Source: a bacterium
GTDB lineage: Bacteria; Patescibacteriota; Dojkabacteria; JAKAPS01; JAJZLI01
Assembly (NCBI GenBank): GCA_021785355.1
Contig: JAJYFR010000001.1
Span: 135,096 to 199,095, forward strand
DNA length: 64,000 nt
Direction of reading: 5' to 3'
Part shown: in pieces, positions 38,995 to 48,401 of the stretch
Layout of the letters: every line of letters begins with the position of its first letter
How positions within the stretch are numbered: position 1 is the stretch's first letter
Notes under the pieces: generated by a model
Databases searched by the model: none
Seen by the model: the letters and a program-made list of their open reading frames with translations, nothing else
What the model was told of the DNA's origin: nothing
Position numbers and translations under genes: made by a program

Positions 38995-40434
38995 GTGTAT
39001 ATGAAACTTATAAAATTTAAAAATTTATTAATAATATTTTTACTCTTTATTATAGTTTTTTCTATATATGCATATATAGGTAAGATAGATTTATTTGCTC
39101 AAACTACATCTTCTTATGGGACTTGGACTAAAATTAGTTATAGTAATTATAGTCCATCACCTTCCATTATAGATAATCAAGTATCTACAAGTGTTACAGA
39201 TACTCATACATATGGTTATAATTATTCCTGTGTAGGTGGTACAGGTAGTGATGTTGGTGTCTGTTCAGGATCTGCTCCAACTTCTTCTAATAATTCTACA
39301 ACTTGTACCTCTACATTATCACCTACTTTTCATGGTCTTCAATCAAATAGCTCAGTAAATGATTGTTATAATCAGTCAATAACTGTTGTTCCGAGGTATG
39401 GTAAGTATTCTATTAGTGTTGCTCAAGTTACACCTAATAATGATGGAAATAGATTTTATATAGAAGAGCATAATTATAATACATGGCTTAATTCTACTCC
39501 TCAAGGAATAGAATATAGTGTATCTGTTACATGTACACCAGGTGGATGGAAGAACGCTTGTAATCCTAATTATAGTTCAGGGGATATAAATGTAGAGCTA
39601 AGTTCATCTCCATCTTCTTGGTTAAGTTTTTCTCAAGGAGCTCTAGCTACTACAGAATCTATTTCTTGTTCTACTAATTGTCAAGAAGATTTTGTTGTAT
39701 ATCCTTACTTTAATCAATCTGGATTACCTGCAGGTTTATATATTACAAATAGTATTAATGTTTGTTATTCAAATAATACGAGTACTTATTGTAGTTCTCC
39801 TTCTCCATTAAACCTTAATTCTTCTAATTCTTCATATACATCTATAGGTGCAAGTGTTTCTAGTCAATTACCTTCTTTGAGAGTATATGCTTCTTGGATA
39901 CGAAGTACAGGAGGTGGAAATACTTATTCTTCTGGAGGTTACCAAATTGCAAATTTTAGTCATAATAGTTTTTCTCCTACTACATTTTCTGATGGATTAA
40001 TTGAGAATACTAATTCTTCTAATTTTCTAAATACTCCTGGAAGTAATATGATACCCTCCTATAATTCAATGTTATTGTTAAATAATAATCCTATATATAA
40101 TTTTAATTTTTTTGCCACATTGTATTGTCAGTATAATGCTGTATGTAATAATAGTAGTAATAATTTGTATAGTAATGGTATTTTGCAATCTCATAACATA
40201 CAAACATCTAATTCTAGTGTATCTGGAGTTAATTGGTATTTTTATAATGGAACTACTACTATAACTCCTAATCCTCCACCAAATAGTATTATACTTGTTT
40301 ATGGAGATGCTAATATTGAGAGTAATATTAGTAATAGTCCCCTTGTTATTTCTTCTGGAAATATAAATATTTGGTCCTCTGTTAACCAGGTAAATGCATT
40401 TTTAATGGCAATGGGACAAGTTGTAATAAATTAA
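38995..40434 (+). CDS. large Ser/Thr/Asn-rich, Cys-containing surface protein with N-terminal signal anchor; candidate pilus tip/adhesin component
   Basis: 479 aa. N-terminal hydrophobic anchor (LLIIFLLFIIVFSIYAYIG). Extremely S/T/N-rich with many Cys. Sits between minor pilins and pilMNO. Confidence 0.4.
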   Translation: MYMKLIKFKNLLIIFLLFIIVFSIYAYIGKIDLFAQTTSSYGTWTKISYSNYSPSPSIIDNQVSTSVTDTHTYGYNYSCVGGTGSDVGVCSGSAPTSSNNSTTCTSTLSPTFHGLQSNSSVNDCYNQSITVVPRYGKYSISVAQVTPNNDGNRFYIEEHNYNTWLNSTPQGIEYSVSVTCTPGGWKNACNPNYSSGDINVELSSSPSSWLSFSQGALATTESISCSTNCQEDFVVYPYFNQSGLPAGLYITNSINVCYSNNTSTYCSSPSPLNLNSSNSSYTSIGASVSSQLPSLRVYASWIRSTGGGNTYSSGGYQIANFSHNSFSPTTFSDGLIENTNSSNFLNTPGSNMIPSYNSMLLLNNNPIYNFNFFATLYCQYNAVCNNSSNNLYSNGILQSHNIQTSNSSVSGVNWYFYNGTTTITPNPPPNSIILVYGDANIESNISNSPLVISSGNINIWSSVNQVNAFLMAMGQVVIN

Positions 40435-40453
40435 TATTTTATAAAAATAAAAA

Positions 40454-40840
40454 ATGGAAAAGAAAAAAATTTTAATAGTTGAAGATGAGGAGGCTTTAGT
40501 AGAGCTTTATAAAGAGATTTTGGAAGATTCTGGCTTTGACGTAAAGTTTGCATATAGTGGGGATGAAGGTGCTGAAATGGCTGCTAAAGAAAAATTTGAT
40601 TTAATACTCTTAGATCTGATGCTTCCTACAGGCTCAATGAATGGAACATATGTTTTATCTTTAATAAAAGGAGATAAAGATAAATATGGAGAACCTATTG
40701 TTGTTGTATTAACAAATCTTACAAGTGAAGTCGTAATTAGAGATGTTTTAGAACAAAAAGCTGATGGTTTTTTGATGAAAACAGAACTTACTCCAGAGCA
40801 AGTTGTAAAAGAAGTTAAAAATTATTTATCAATGCAATAA
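40454..40840 (+). CDS. single-domain CheY-like response-regulator receiver protein
   Basis: KILIVEDEEALVELY...FDLILLDLMLP. Acidic pocket DE, phospho-acceptor D in LLDLMLP, conserved T/K later. No output domain. Confidence 0.8.
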   Translation: MEKKKILIVEDEEALVELYKEILEDSGFDVKFAYSGDEGAEMAAKEKFDLILLDLMLPTGSMNGTYVLSLIKGDKDKYGEPIVVVLTNLTSEVVIRDVLEQKADGFLMKTELTPEQVVKEVKNYLSMQ

Positions 40841-40844
40841 AAAT

Positions 40845-41888
40845 ATGTTTTCAAAGAAGAAAGAAAATTCTAACGTTTTTGCAGTAGATTTCGGCGCTAA
40901 TTCTATAAAGGTAGTAAAGTTAAAGGATGTTGAAAAAAATCCTACTGTTGTATCATTTGGATCAATTCCTATGCCACAAGGAGCATATAGTAGTGAAAAT
41001 GAACAACATAAAAAAGAAATATCTCTTGCTTTAAGTTCTTTGATTAAAGATTTAAATTTAGGAACAAAAAATGTATCTACTTCTCTACCAGATAGTTCTA
41101 TTTTTACAAGAGTTATAAAAATTCCAGCACAAAAAGAATCTGATTTAGAAGAAGCTGTATTTTGGGCATCTAAAAGGAATGTACCTATACCTTTAGAAGA
41201 TGTACAAATAGATTGGTCTATTGTTAATTCAAATACAACAGATGGTCTCACTCAATATGATATTCTTTTAGTAGCTGCTCCAAAATTATTAATAAATAGA
41301 TATGTAGATATATTAACACTTGCAGGATTAGATCCTACTTTTATAGAAACTGAATCTTTATCATTAGTAAGAAGCATGTCTTCTTTGAATGATCCTTCTC
41401 CTAGTATAATTTTAGATTTCGGATATAATTCTATTAATTTAGTTTTTGCATATAGAAAAAATCTTTTATTTAATCAGACAATATCGACAGGGTCTTCTGT
41501 TATAACAAAAGCTATTTCTCAAGAATTCAATCTAGAAGAAATACAAGCTGAAGAATATAAGAAAAATTATGGTTTAGATGCTAATCAATTAGAAGGAAAA
41601 ATATATCGTACTATTACACCTATAATGGATTCTATTATAAATGAGATTAAAAGGATAATTAATGCATATAGATCTACAAATATAGGAGATCTACCTTCAA
41701 AAATCATATTAGTAGGAAATGGTTCAATGCTTCCAGGATTAGTTCTGTATTTAGCTCAAAACCTTAATATGGAAGTAGAAGTTGGTAATCCTTATTCAGG
41801 AGTATATATAAACCCAGAATTAAAAAATAGAATGCCTGTATTATTACCAGGATATGCTGTTTCAATAGGTTTAGCTCTAAAAACATGA
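40845..41888 (+). CDS. pilM: type IV pilus assembly protein PilM (actin-like ATPase fold)
   Basis: N-terminal FAVDFGANSIKVVKL (actin/Hsp70-like phosphate-1 motif). 347 aa. Overlaps pilN start. Confidence 0.8.
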   Translation: MFSKKKENSNVFAVDFGANSIKVVKLKDVEKNPTVVSFGSIPMPQGAYSSENEQHKKEISLALSSLIKDLNLGTKNVSTSLPDSSIFTRVIKIPAQKESDLEEAVFWASKRNVPIPLEDVQIDWSIVNSNTTDGLTQYDILLVAAPKLLINRYVDILTLAGLDPTFIETESLSLVRSMSSLNDPSPSIILDFGYNSINLVFAYRKNLLFNQTISTGSSVITKAISQEFNLEEIQAEEYKKNYGLDANQLEGKIYRTITPIMDSIINEIKRIINAYRSTNIGDLPSKIILVGNGSMLPGLVLYLAQNLNMEVEVGNPYSGVYINPELKNRMPVLLPGYAVSIGLALKT

Positions 41889-42430
41889 AAAATGAAATTA
41901 ATCTTCTTCCTCAAAAAACAAGAGATGATGTTAAAAGAGAAAGAACAACTTTCTATGTAGATCTTGTTAGTGCAATAGTATTAATAGTGGTAGAATTATC
42001 TTCTTTTGTTTTAATTTTATTATCTCAAGGTTTACAAAAAAAAGTTGATGCAGCAAAAGTATCTTATCAAAAAAATCAAGTTACTATTAATAGTTTTTCA
42101 AAAGTAAATAATTTAATTAATAACATAAATTATAGATATTCAAATATAGTAGCTATTCAAAAAACTTTTTATAATCCAATTGATGTATTTCATAAATTAA
42201 AATTGGTAACACCTTCGAATATAAGTATATATGATATAAATTATGATTATAACGGAAATATATCTTATTATGCTCAAGCTCCTGATGTTTTAAGTGTTGC
42301 AAAATATATGTTTATTATGACTGAGAATAATTCACAAAATAAGTATTTTAATAATACGCAGATATCTTCTTTGAGTATTTCTTCAGGTTCTATTACTTTT
42401 AATGTAACTACAGATTATAATGGGAATTAA
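41885..42430 (+). CDS. pilN: type IV pilus assembly protein PilN
   Basis: N-terminal INLLPQK (PilN INLLP signature), single TM helix, periplasmic domain. Confidence 0.75.
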   Translation: MKNEINLLPQKTRDDVKRERTTFYVDLVSAIVLIVVELSSFVLILLSQGLQKKVDAAKVSYQKNQVTINSFSKVNNLINNINYRYSNIVAIQKTFYNPIDVFHKLKLVTPSNISIYDINYDYNGNISYYAQAPDVLSVAKYMFIMTENNSQNKYFNNTQISSLSISSGSITFNVTTDYNGN

Positions 42431-43079
42431 TTTAAGAAAAAATTTACTTTTATATATAATACCAACAATAATTTTTATTATTGTGTTGTTATCTTTTATC
42501 TTTATAATTATACCTAATTATAATAGTATTATAAATTCTGATAATGAAATTAGTGCATACAATACAAAAAATACTCAATTAAATCAGGAAATAAGTAATT
42601 TAGAAAATTACACATCTAATAATACATCTAATAAACTTAAAAGTGATTTAGCTATTCTAAATACTATTATTCCTAATAATCTTCAATTTGTTACTACTTC
42701 TGGAGATGTTCAGAATATGGCTTTAAATTCTGGGTTAATATTTAAAAATTTATCGAGTGCTCAATTACCTAAATCTTTTAACAGTTCAGTTACAATACCA
42801 GGATTATCTAGTAATATTACCCCTTCTAATGTATCTGTGTCTTTTTCTGGTAATTATTCTCAATTAAAATCTTATATTAACAGTCTAATTACTAATAAAA
42901 TACTTTTTGTTGTTCCTAATATATACTACAGAGGAAATTTAACAGGTAATATTTCAAGTGATAATACTCTAGATGTAAAAGTTACATTCTTCTCTTCTCC
43001 AGATATATCCGAAACTAAATATATTAGTTTAATTAATAATTTGGGAGGTTTAGATAAATATTTAGCTAATTTTCAATAA
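42420..43079 (+). CDS. pilO: type IV pilus assembly protein PilO
   Basis: N-terminal TM helix. C-terminal VSFSGNYSQLKSYINSLITNKILFVVPNI (PilO-type motif). Confidence 0.65.
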   Translation: MGINLRKNLLLYIIPTIIFIIVLLSFIFIIIPNYNSIINSDNEISAYNTKNTQLNQEISNLENYTSNNTSNKLKSDLAILNTIIPNNLQFVTTSGDVQNMALNSGLIFKNLSSAQLPKSFNSSVTIPGLSSNITPSNVSVSFSGNYSQLKSYINSLITNKILFVVPNIYYRGNLTGNISSDNTLDVKVTFFSSPDISETKYISLINNLGGLDKYLANFQ

Positions 43080-43286
43080 TTTTTTTACAGTATCTGTAGG
43101 TTGAGCACCTGTAGAAATCCATTTATCTAGTTTTTCTTTGTTGAACTCTAATTCTTTTGTTATTGGTGAATAGTGCCCTATATTATCAATGAATTTACCA
43201 TCTCTTTTAGTGGTAGATAAAGCAACTACTATTCTGTAATTAGCTTGATCTTTTTTACCTGTTCTCGTTAATTTTATCTTTATCAT
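43062..43286 (-). CDS. rpsP: 30S ribosomal protein S16
   Basis: MIKIKLTRTGKKDQANYRIVVALSTTKRDGKFIDNIGHYSPI...WISTGAQPTDTV is the canonical S16 pattern. Confidence 0.9.
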   Translation of the reverse strand: MIKIKLTRTGKKDQANYRIVVALSTTKRDGKFIDNIGHYSPITKELEFNKEKLDKWISTGAQPTDTVKKLLKIS

Positions 43287-43944
43287 ATATTTTATTTAGT
43301 ATATTTGTAGCTGCACTTTCTTCTGCTTCTTGTTTACTCTTCCCTATTCCTTGTGATACTGTTTTTTTATTTATCACAAGCTCTACAGTAAAAGTTTTGT
43401 CATGAGCAGGTCCCTCCTCTTTAATAACCTTATATTTCGGAGTGGATTTATATTTAGATTGAGATATTTCTTGTAACTGAGATTTATTATTAATATAACT
43501 CTTGTCTCTTATAATATCTTCTAATATATAGTAAAGGTTATTGTACAAGAAATCATTAGTATATTCAAGTCCTCTATCTAAATACAGAGCCCCTATGAAA
43601 GCTTCAAACGCATCTTCTAGTATTGTTTGTCTTTCTCTACCTCCAGATTCATCTTCACCCTTGCTCATTAGAATATAATTTCCAAAAGATAAAGAAGCTG
43701 CTATTTTAGATAAAGTTTCTGTTTTTACTAAAGATGACCTATAACTTGTCAGTATGCCTTCTTTTTCATTAGGAAATTTATTATATATATATTTAGATAC
43801 TAGTAATTCTATTACTGCATCTCCTAAAAACTCTAATCTTTCATTATTTTCTCCATTAAAGGATCTGTGAGTCAAAGATTTTCTAAATAATTCTATATCA
43901 TTAATTTTTAAATTTAATTTTTCTATTAAATCTTCTACATTCAT
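43255..43944 (-). CDS. rnc: ribonuclease III
   Basis: RNase III signature ERLEFLGDAVIELLVSKYIY, catalytic E in ...LEDAFEAFIGALYLD. C-terminal dsRBD. Confidence 0.93.
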   Translation of the reverse strand: MNVEDLIEKLNLKINDIELFRKSLTHRSFNGENNERLEFLGDAVIELLVSKYIYNKFPNEKEGILTSYRSSLVKTETLSKIAASLSFGNYILMSKGEDESGGRERQTILEDAFEAFIGALYLDRGLEYTNDFLYNNLYYILEDIIRDKSYINNKSQLQEISQSKYKSTPKYKVIKEEGPAHDKTFTVELVINKKTVSQGIGKSKQEAEESAATNILNKIYDKDKINENR

Positions 43945-44345
43945 TTCATTAAATTACCTAATACTCCACTTACAAATTTAGAACTTGGTATATCTCCAAA
44001 TTCTTTTGCAAGCTCAATTGCTTCATCTATAGATACTTTTGGTGGTGTTATTTTACCAACAAACCCCTCATAAATAGCTATTTTAATTATCAAAAGATCT
44101 ATTTTATTAATTTTACTTGAAGGTCTTTCTAGACTAGCTTTCTTTACAATCTCTAAAATTTCTTTTTCATTATTCTTTATTCCATATACTATTTTATTTA
44201 ATAATTCTTTGTCAAATTCTTGACTTCTATCTAATTCCAAGAGTTCTTTATTTGTAAAAACATTTGTTCTTAAGAAAGATCTATTAAATAATTTTTGTAA
44301 AGCAATTATTCTGGATAAATGTCTAGGATCACGCTTTGATTTCAT
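43941..44345 (-). CDS. nusB: transcription antitermination factor NusB
   Basis: N-terminal R..R..aLQ.LF; C-terminal ...SKFVSGVLGNLMK (FVNGVL NusB signature). Confidence 0.8.
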   Translation of the reverse strand: MKSKRDPRHLSRIIALQKLFNRSFLRTNVFTNKELLELDRSQEFDKELLNKIVYGIKNNEKEILEIVKKASLERPSSKINKIDLLIIKIAIYEGFVGKITPPKVSIDEAIELAKEFGDIPSSKFVSGVLGNLMK

Positions 44346-44356
44346 CTTTTATAAAA

Positions 44357-44533
44357 CTATAAAGGTAGTACCACTTTGTCTTTATATTTTCCACATTTCA
44401 AACAAGCATTATGTGGTAACATTTTTGATTTACAATTAGGACATACTGTAAGAGTTGGAACAATAGCGTGATAATGTGAACGCCTATTATTTTTTCTAGC
44501 ATGTGATATTTTTCTTTTTGGTGTTGCTGCCAT
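44357..44533 (-). CDS. rpmF: 50S ribosomal protein L32 (not in the ORF track; 58 aa)
   Basis: Minus-strand translation MAATPKRKISHARKNNRRSHYHAIVPTLTVCPNCKSKMLPHNACLKCGKYKDKVVLPL*. L32 signature MAvPKrKtS..r...RRsH and a C..C...C..CG zinc ribbon. Confidence 0.85.
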   Translation of the reverse strand: MAATPKRKISHARKNNRRSHYHAIVPTLTVCPNCKSKMLPHNACLKCGKYKDKVVLPL

Positions 44534-44566
44534 AACCTATATTATATTATTAAAACAATCAAAAAG

Positions 44567-45103
44567 TCAATCTTTTATATAGAAAGTTAATGCAGTTTTT
44601 CCATATTTTTTTGAGTTTATTATATTTAAACCTTTGATACTTCTCTCTTCCCTATTAGATTCTCTTTCGAAGATGAGTATTCCATCTTTTTTAAGTAAAT
44701 GTATAGATTTAGAAACTATACCTTCATTTGTTATATCATAAGGTTGAAATACAAATATAATATCATACTTATCATCTATAGTTTTATTATATCTTAGAAA
44801 AATTTCAGCAGGTATATTATAAACTTCATTATTACTTAAATTAAGTTTTAGTAAATTTTCTTTTATTATGTCACAAGCTTTCTTATTTATATCAATGAAA
44901 TCACATAATTTTGCACCCCTAGAAAGAGCTTCTATGCCTAAAGCTCCTGATCCTGCATATAAATCTAGTATATAACTTTTTTTAATCTTATCATTTATAA
45001 CTGAGAACAAAGCAGATTTTACTATGCCACTAAGAGGTCTCGTATCCTTCGGTACCTTTAATTTTGTTCTTTTAAATTTTCCTCCAATTACTCGTAATTC
45101 CAT
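44567..45103 (-). CDS. rsmD: 16S rRNA (guanine966-N2)-methyltransferase RsmD
   Basis: ...TRPLSGIVKSALFSVI...LDLYAGSGALGIEALSRGA..., DIIFVFQPY (DPPY-like). 178 aa. Confidence 0.85.
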   Translation of the reverse strand: MELRVIGGKFKRTKLKVPKDTRPLSGIVKSALFSVINDKIKKSYILDLYAGSGALGIEALSRGAKLCDFIDINKKACDIIKENLLKLNLSNNEVYNIPAEIFLRYNKTIDDKYDIIFVFQPYDITNEGIVSKSIHLLKKDGILIFERESNREERSIKGLNIINSKKYGKTALTFYIKD

Positions 45104-45104
45104 T

Positions 45105-47084
45105 TTAATTCATTGATAATATACTATCTTGAGCCTCTCTTATTTTATTTTTTAATTGAGGATATTTATCTAATACGTTAATTATATCTGAAACAGCTTC
45201 TCTTGTCAGTTTTATCAAGTCTTTATCTAAGAGTGAAGCCATTTTTAGATCTGGGGTTCCTGATTGATTTTGCCCATATATTTCTCCTGGACCTCTTTTT
45301 TGTAAATCAAATTCTGCTAATTCTAATCCATTATTATTTTTCTTAAAAAAATTTAATCTCTCATTGTAAGGATTAGATGTGAATAAAAAACAAAAAGATT
45401 CTTTATCTGATCTACCTACTCTACCTCTTAGTTGGTGTAATTGTGCTAATCCAAATCTTTCTGCATTTTCTATTATTATTATAGTTGCATCTTTTATATC
45501 TATTCCTACTTCAATAATAGGTGTTGATACTAAAATATCAAATTCTTTCTTTTTAAATTTACTTAATATCAACTCTTTATTCTTTGTTTTTCCATGTAGT
45601 ATCTCTATTTTTTCTTCTGTAAAAACATTATTTTTAAGGTATTTAAACTCATCTTGTACGTTTTTGACAGGAATTTTTTCGGATTCATTTATAAGTGGAC
45701 ATAATATAAATATTTGTTCTCCTGCTCTAACTCTTTCTTTAATAAATTTATATGTATCCTCTCTTTTATTTTCAGGAATAATATATGTTTTTACATCTTT
45801 TCTTCCTTTTGGCATATCATCAAGTCTAGATATATCTAAATCTCCATACAGTCCTAATGCAAGAGTTCTAGGGATAGGTGTTGCTGTCATAGTAAGGACA
45901 TGCGGATAATATCCTTTATTTATTAATTCTTCTCTTTGCCTTATACCAAATCTGTGCTGTTCGTCTATAATTACTAATCCTAAATTTTTAAATATTTCAT
46001 TACTAAATAATGCATGAGTACCAATAAATAAAGATGCTGATCTATCAAAAGTTTTTGTTTTCGATGTTATTAGTTGTATTTTTAAATCTTTAAACAGAGA
46101 TTTTGCAGTTTTATAGTGTTGAGATGCTAGCACTGATGTTGGTACCATTATTGCAGTCTGTAATTTATTGAGATTTATTATATATGCAGCAGTTAGAGCT
46201 ACTATAGTTTTTCCAGAACCTACGTCACCTTCTAAAAGTCTATTCATAGGAATACCTTTCTTTATATCTTCTATGATTTCATTGATACTTCTTGTTTGAG
46301 ATAAAGTTAATTTAAAATTTAGATTGTTTATGAAATCTTTAATTTTGATATCATCTACACTTATCTTGTAACTTGTACGTTTTTTTCTTTCCTCTTTTTT
46401 TAAATAAGAGAGTATTTGTATGTATAGTATTTCTTCAAAACCTAATCTTCTTTTTGCTTCATTGATATCTTCAAAATTAAGAGGGAAATGTAATTTTCTT
46501 AGAGCATCATTTATTTCTAAAAGATCATACTTCTCTCTTATTTCTGAAGGTATATATTCTTCTACTTTCATATTATCTAAGATATTTTTTATTCTTGATC
46601 GTAGCCATTTTGAAGATATTCCTTTAGTTTGAGAATATATAGGAGTTATTCTTGAAAGATGTATATTTTCCTTATTTTCTCTCTGAATCTCATATTGAGG
46701 TGATTTAAAAAGAACAGAGTTTTTTTCGTAATATGCTGTTCCTGAGAGAGTTATTTCTGTATCTAATTTAATATTATTGGATATATATGGTTGATTAAAC
46801 CATATTATATTGGCAGTTCCTGTATCATCTGTAATTTGAGCGGTGATAATATTTTTTTTATTTTTTGTATATATACTTTTTATAGATGTTATATACCCTT
46901 TTATTATGTTTTTTTCTCCTATAAATATATCTTCTATATTTATAACATTTCTAGAATCTTCATATTTGATTGGATAAAAATACAATAGATTTTTTAATGT
47001 AAATATATTTAACTTCTTAAGTAAATTAGCATACTTTTCTCCTATATAATAGGCTTTAGATACGTCAATATCTAAATTATCCAT
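45105..47084 (-). CDS. recG: ATP-dependent DNA helicase RecG
   Basis: Wedge/OB N-terminal domain. Helicase motif I GDVGSGKTIVAL, motif II DEQHRFG, motif VI QLRGRVGR. Confidence 0.93.
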   Translation of the reverse strand: MDNLDIDVSKAYYIGEKYANLLKKLNIFTLKNLLYFYPIKYEDSRNVINIEDIFIGEKNIIKGYITSIKSIYTKNKKNIITAQITDDTGTANIIWFNQPYISNNIKLDTEITLSGTAYYEKNSVLFKSPQYEIQRENKENIHLSRITPIYSQTKGISSKWLRSRIKNILDNMKVEEYIPSEIREKYDLLEINDALRKLHFPLNFEDINEAKRRLGFEEILYIQILSYLKKEERKKRTSYKISVDDIKIKDFINNLNFKLTLSQTRSINEIIEDIKKGIPMNRLLEGDVGSGKTIVALTAAYIINLNKLQTAIMVPTSVLASQHYKTAKSLFKDLKIQLITSKTKTFDRSASLFIGTHALFSNEIFKNLGLVIIDEQHRFGIRQREELINKGYYPHVLTMTATPIPRTLALGLYGDLDISRLDDMPKGRKDVKTYIIPENKREDTYKFIKERVRAGEQIFILCPLINESEKIPVKNVQDEFKYLKNNVFTEEKIEILHGKTKNKELILSKFKKKEFDILVSTPIIEVGIDIKDATIIIIENAERFGLAQLHQLRGRVGRSDKESFCFLFTSNPYNERLNFFKKNNNGLELAEFDLQKRGPGEIYGQNQSGTPDLKMASLLDKDLIKLTREAVSDIINVLDKYPQLKNKIREAQDSILSMN

Positions 47085-47197
47085 TAATTAAATATAGCTA
47101 ACAAACTAGAAAGAAGTAAACCTACTATAGTAATTACCATAATGATGATAAATATAGTATTGCCGTGTTTTTGAAATAATTTTTTCTTTCTACTCAT
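47084..47197 (-). CDS. possible 37-aa small membrane protein overlapping both the tyrS stop and the recG start (speculative)
   Basis: Minus-strand ORF MSRKKKLFQKHGNTIFIIIMVITIVGLLLSSLLAIFN*. Basic N-terminus plus one TM helix. Its TAA shares the A of the recG ATG (TAATG). No homology evidence. Confidence 0.2.
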   Translation of the reverse strand: MSRKKKLFQKHGNTIFIIIMVITIVGLLLSSLLAIFN

Positions 47198-48401
47198 GAT
47201 TTATTTTTATAATATTTCTTTTCCCTATTTTTATTATCATATCATTTTTTATTTCAATTAATGTATTAATTTCATTTATTCTTGTATCGTTAATATAAAC
47301 TCCTCCTGAAGATATTAATCTTCTAGCTTCTGCTTTTGAAGGAACTTGACCTGTATAAGATGATATTAAATCTAGTATATTAATATTACTTTCTTTAATA
47401 TCTACAACTATTATATCATCTAAAGATTTAAAATCTTTATTTTGCACTAGTTTTTTAAAATTATTCTCGGCTTTAATAGCATCTTCGTAAGAAGAATACA
47501 TTTTTGTAATCTCTTTTGCGAGTATTTTTTTAATATCCATCATAGCACTACTTCCTAATGAATTTTCTACATCTTCCTCCATTTCTTTTATTAATTTATC
47601 TGTAAACCTTGTTGTAATAGTAAAGTATTCAATTATACTATCATCTTTAATACTCATAACTTTTCCATATATATCTTCAGGTTTATCAGTAATGTTTATT
47701 ACATTTCCCCAAGATGTAGACATTTTTCTTCCATCAGTACCTGAGAGTAGTTTTTTTGTTACAATATTTTGTTTTTTCATTTTAAATATACCTTGAATTT
47801 CCCTTCCAGATAGAAGATTAAACAATTGATCCGAACCTCCTAGTTCTACATCAGCTTTTATAGCTACAGAGTCATATCCTTGCATTAAGGGATATAGAAA
47901 TTCATGTAAACCAATAGGTTTATTATTTTTATATCGTTCACTAAAGTTTTCTCTCTCAATCATTTGTGAGACAGTAAAGTTACTTGAGAGATTGAGTATA
48001 TCTTTGAAATTTAATAAAGATAACCATTCTGAATTATATCTAAATTCTACCTTATCTAAATCAAGTATTTTTCCTATTTGCTCTTTATAGTGTTCTAAAT
48101 TAGCATGTATTTGAGTTTCTGTAACCAGCTCTCTTCGATCTTCTTTATCAGAACTGTCCCCTATTAACGCAGTAAAATCTCCTATTATGAGTACAACTAC
48201 ATGCCCCAATTCTTGAAAATCCCTTAATCTTTGTATTGTAGAGGCTCTACCTATATGTATTTTCTTCCCAGTAGGATCTATTCCAAATTTCACTCTAAGT
48301 TTAGACTTCCCATCTTCTAGAAGTGTTTTTAAGTTTTTCTCATCTATGACTCTAAATGTAGCTCTTTTAAGTATTAAATTTTTTGGATCTTCGTATTTCA
48401 T
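47190..48401 (-). CDS. tyrS: tyrosyl-tRNA synthetase (with C-terminal S4-like domain)
   Basis: HIGH-class motif (KIHIGR), KMSKS variant KMSTS, YPLMQGYD tyrosine-pocket region. C-terminal S4 RNA-binding domain (...AEARRLISSGGVYINDTRI). Confidence 0.92.
   Translation of the reverse strand: MKYEDPKNLILKRATFRVIDEKNLKTLLEDGKSKLRVKFGIDPTGKKIHIGRASTIQRLRDFQELGHVVVLIIGDFTALIGDSSDKEDRRELVTETQIHANLEHYKEQIGKILDLDKVEFRYNSEWLSLLNFKDILNLSSNFTVSQMIERENFSERYKNNKPIGLHEFLYPLMQGYDSVAIKADVELGGSDQLFNLLSGREIQGIFKMKKQNIVTKKLLSGTDGRKMSTSWGNVINITDKPEDIYGKVMSIKDDSIIEYFTITTRFTDKLIKEMEEDVENSLGSSAMMDIKKILAKEITKMYSSYEDAIKAENNFKKLVQNKDFKSLDDIIVVDIKESNINILDLISSYTGQVPSKAEARRLISSGGVYINDTRINEINTLIEIKNDMIIKIGKRNIIKINHE

Noticed and set aside
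40829-41251. 140-aa minus-strand ORF antisense to pilM
   Set aside because: Nested antisense within pilM; Cys/Phe-rich junk translation.
45379-46988. Plus-strand ORFs 45379-45909, 46420-46632, 46791-46988 inside recG
   Set aside because: Antisense to recG, which has unmistakable helicase motifs; low-complexity translations.
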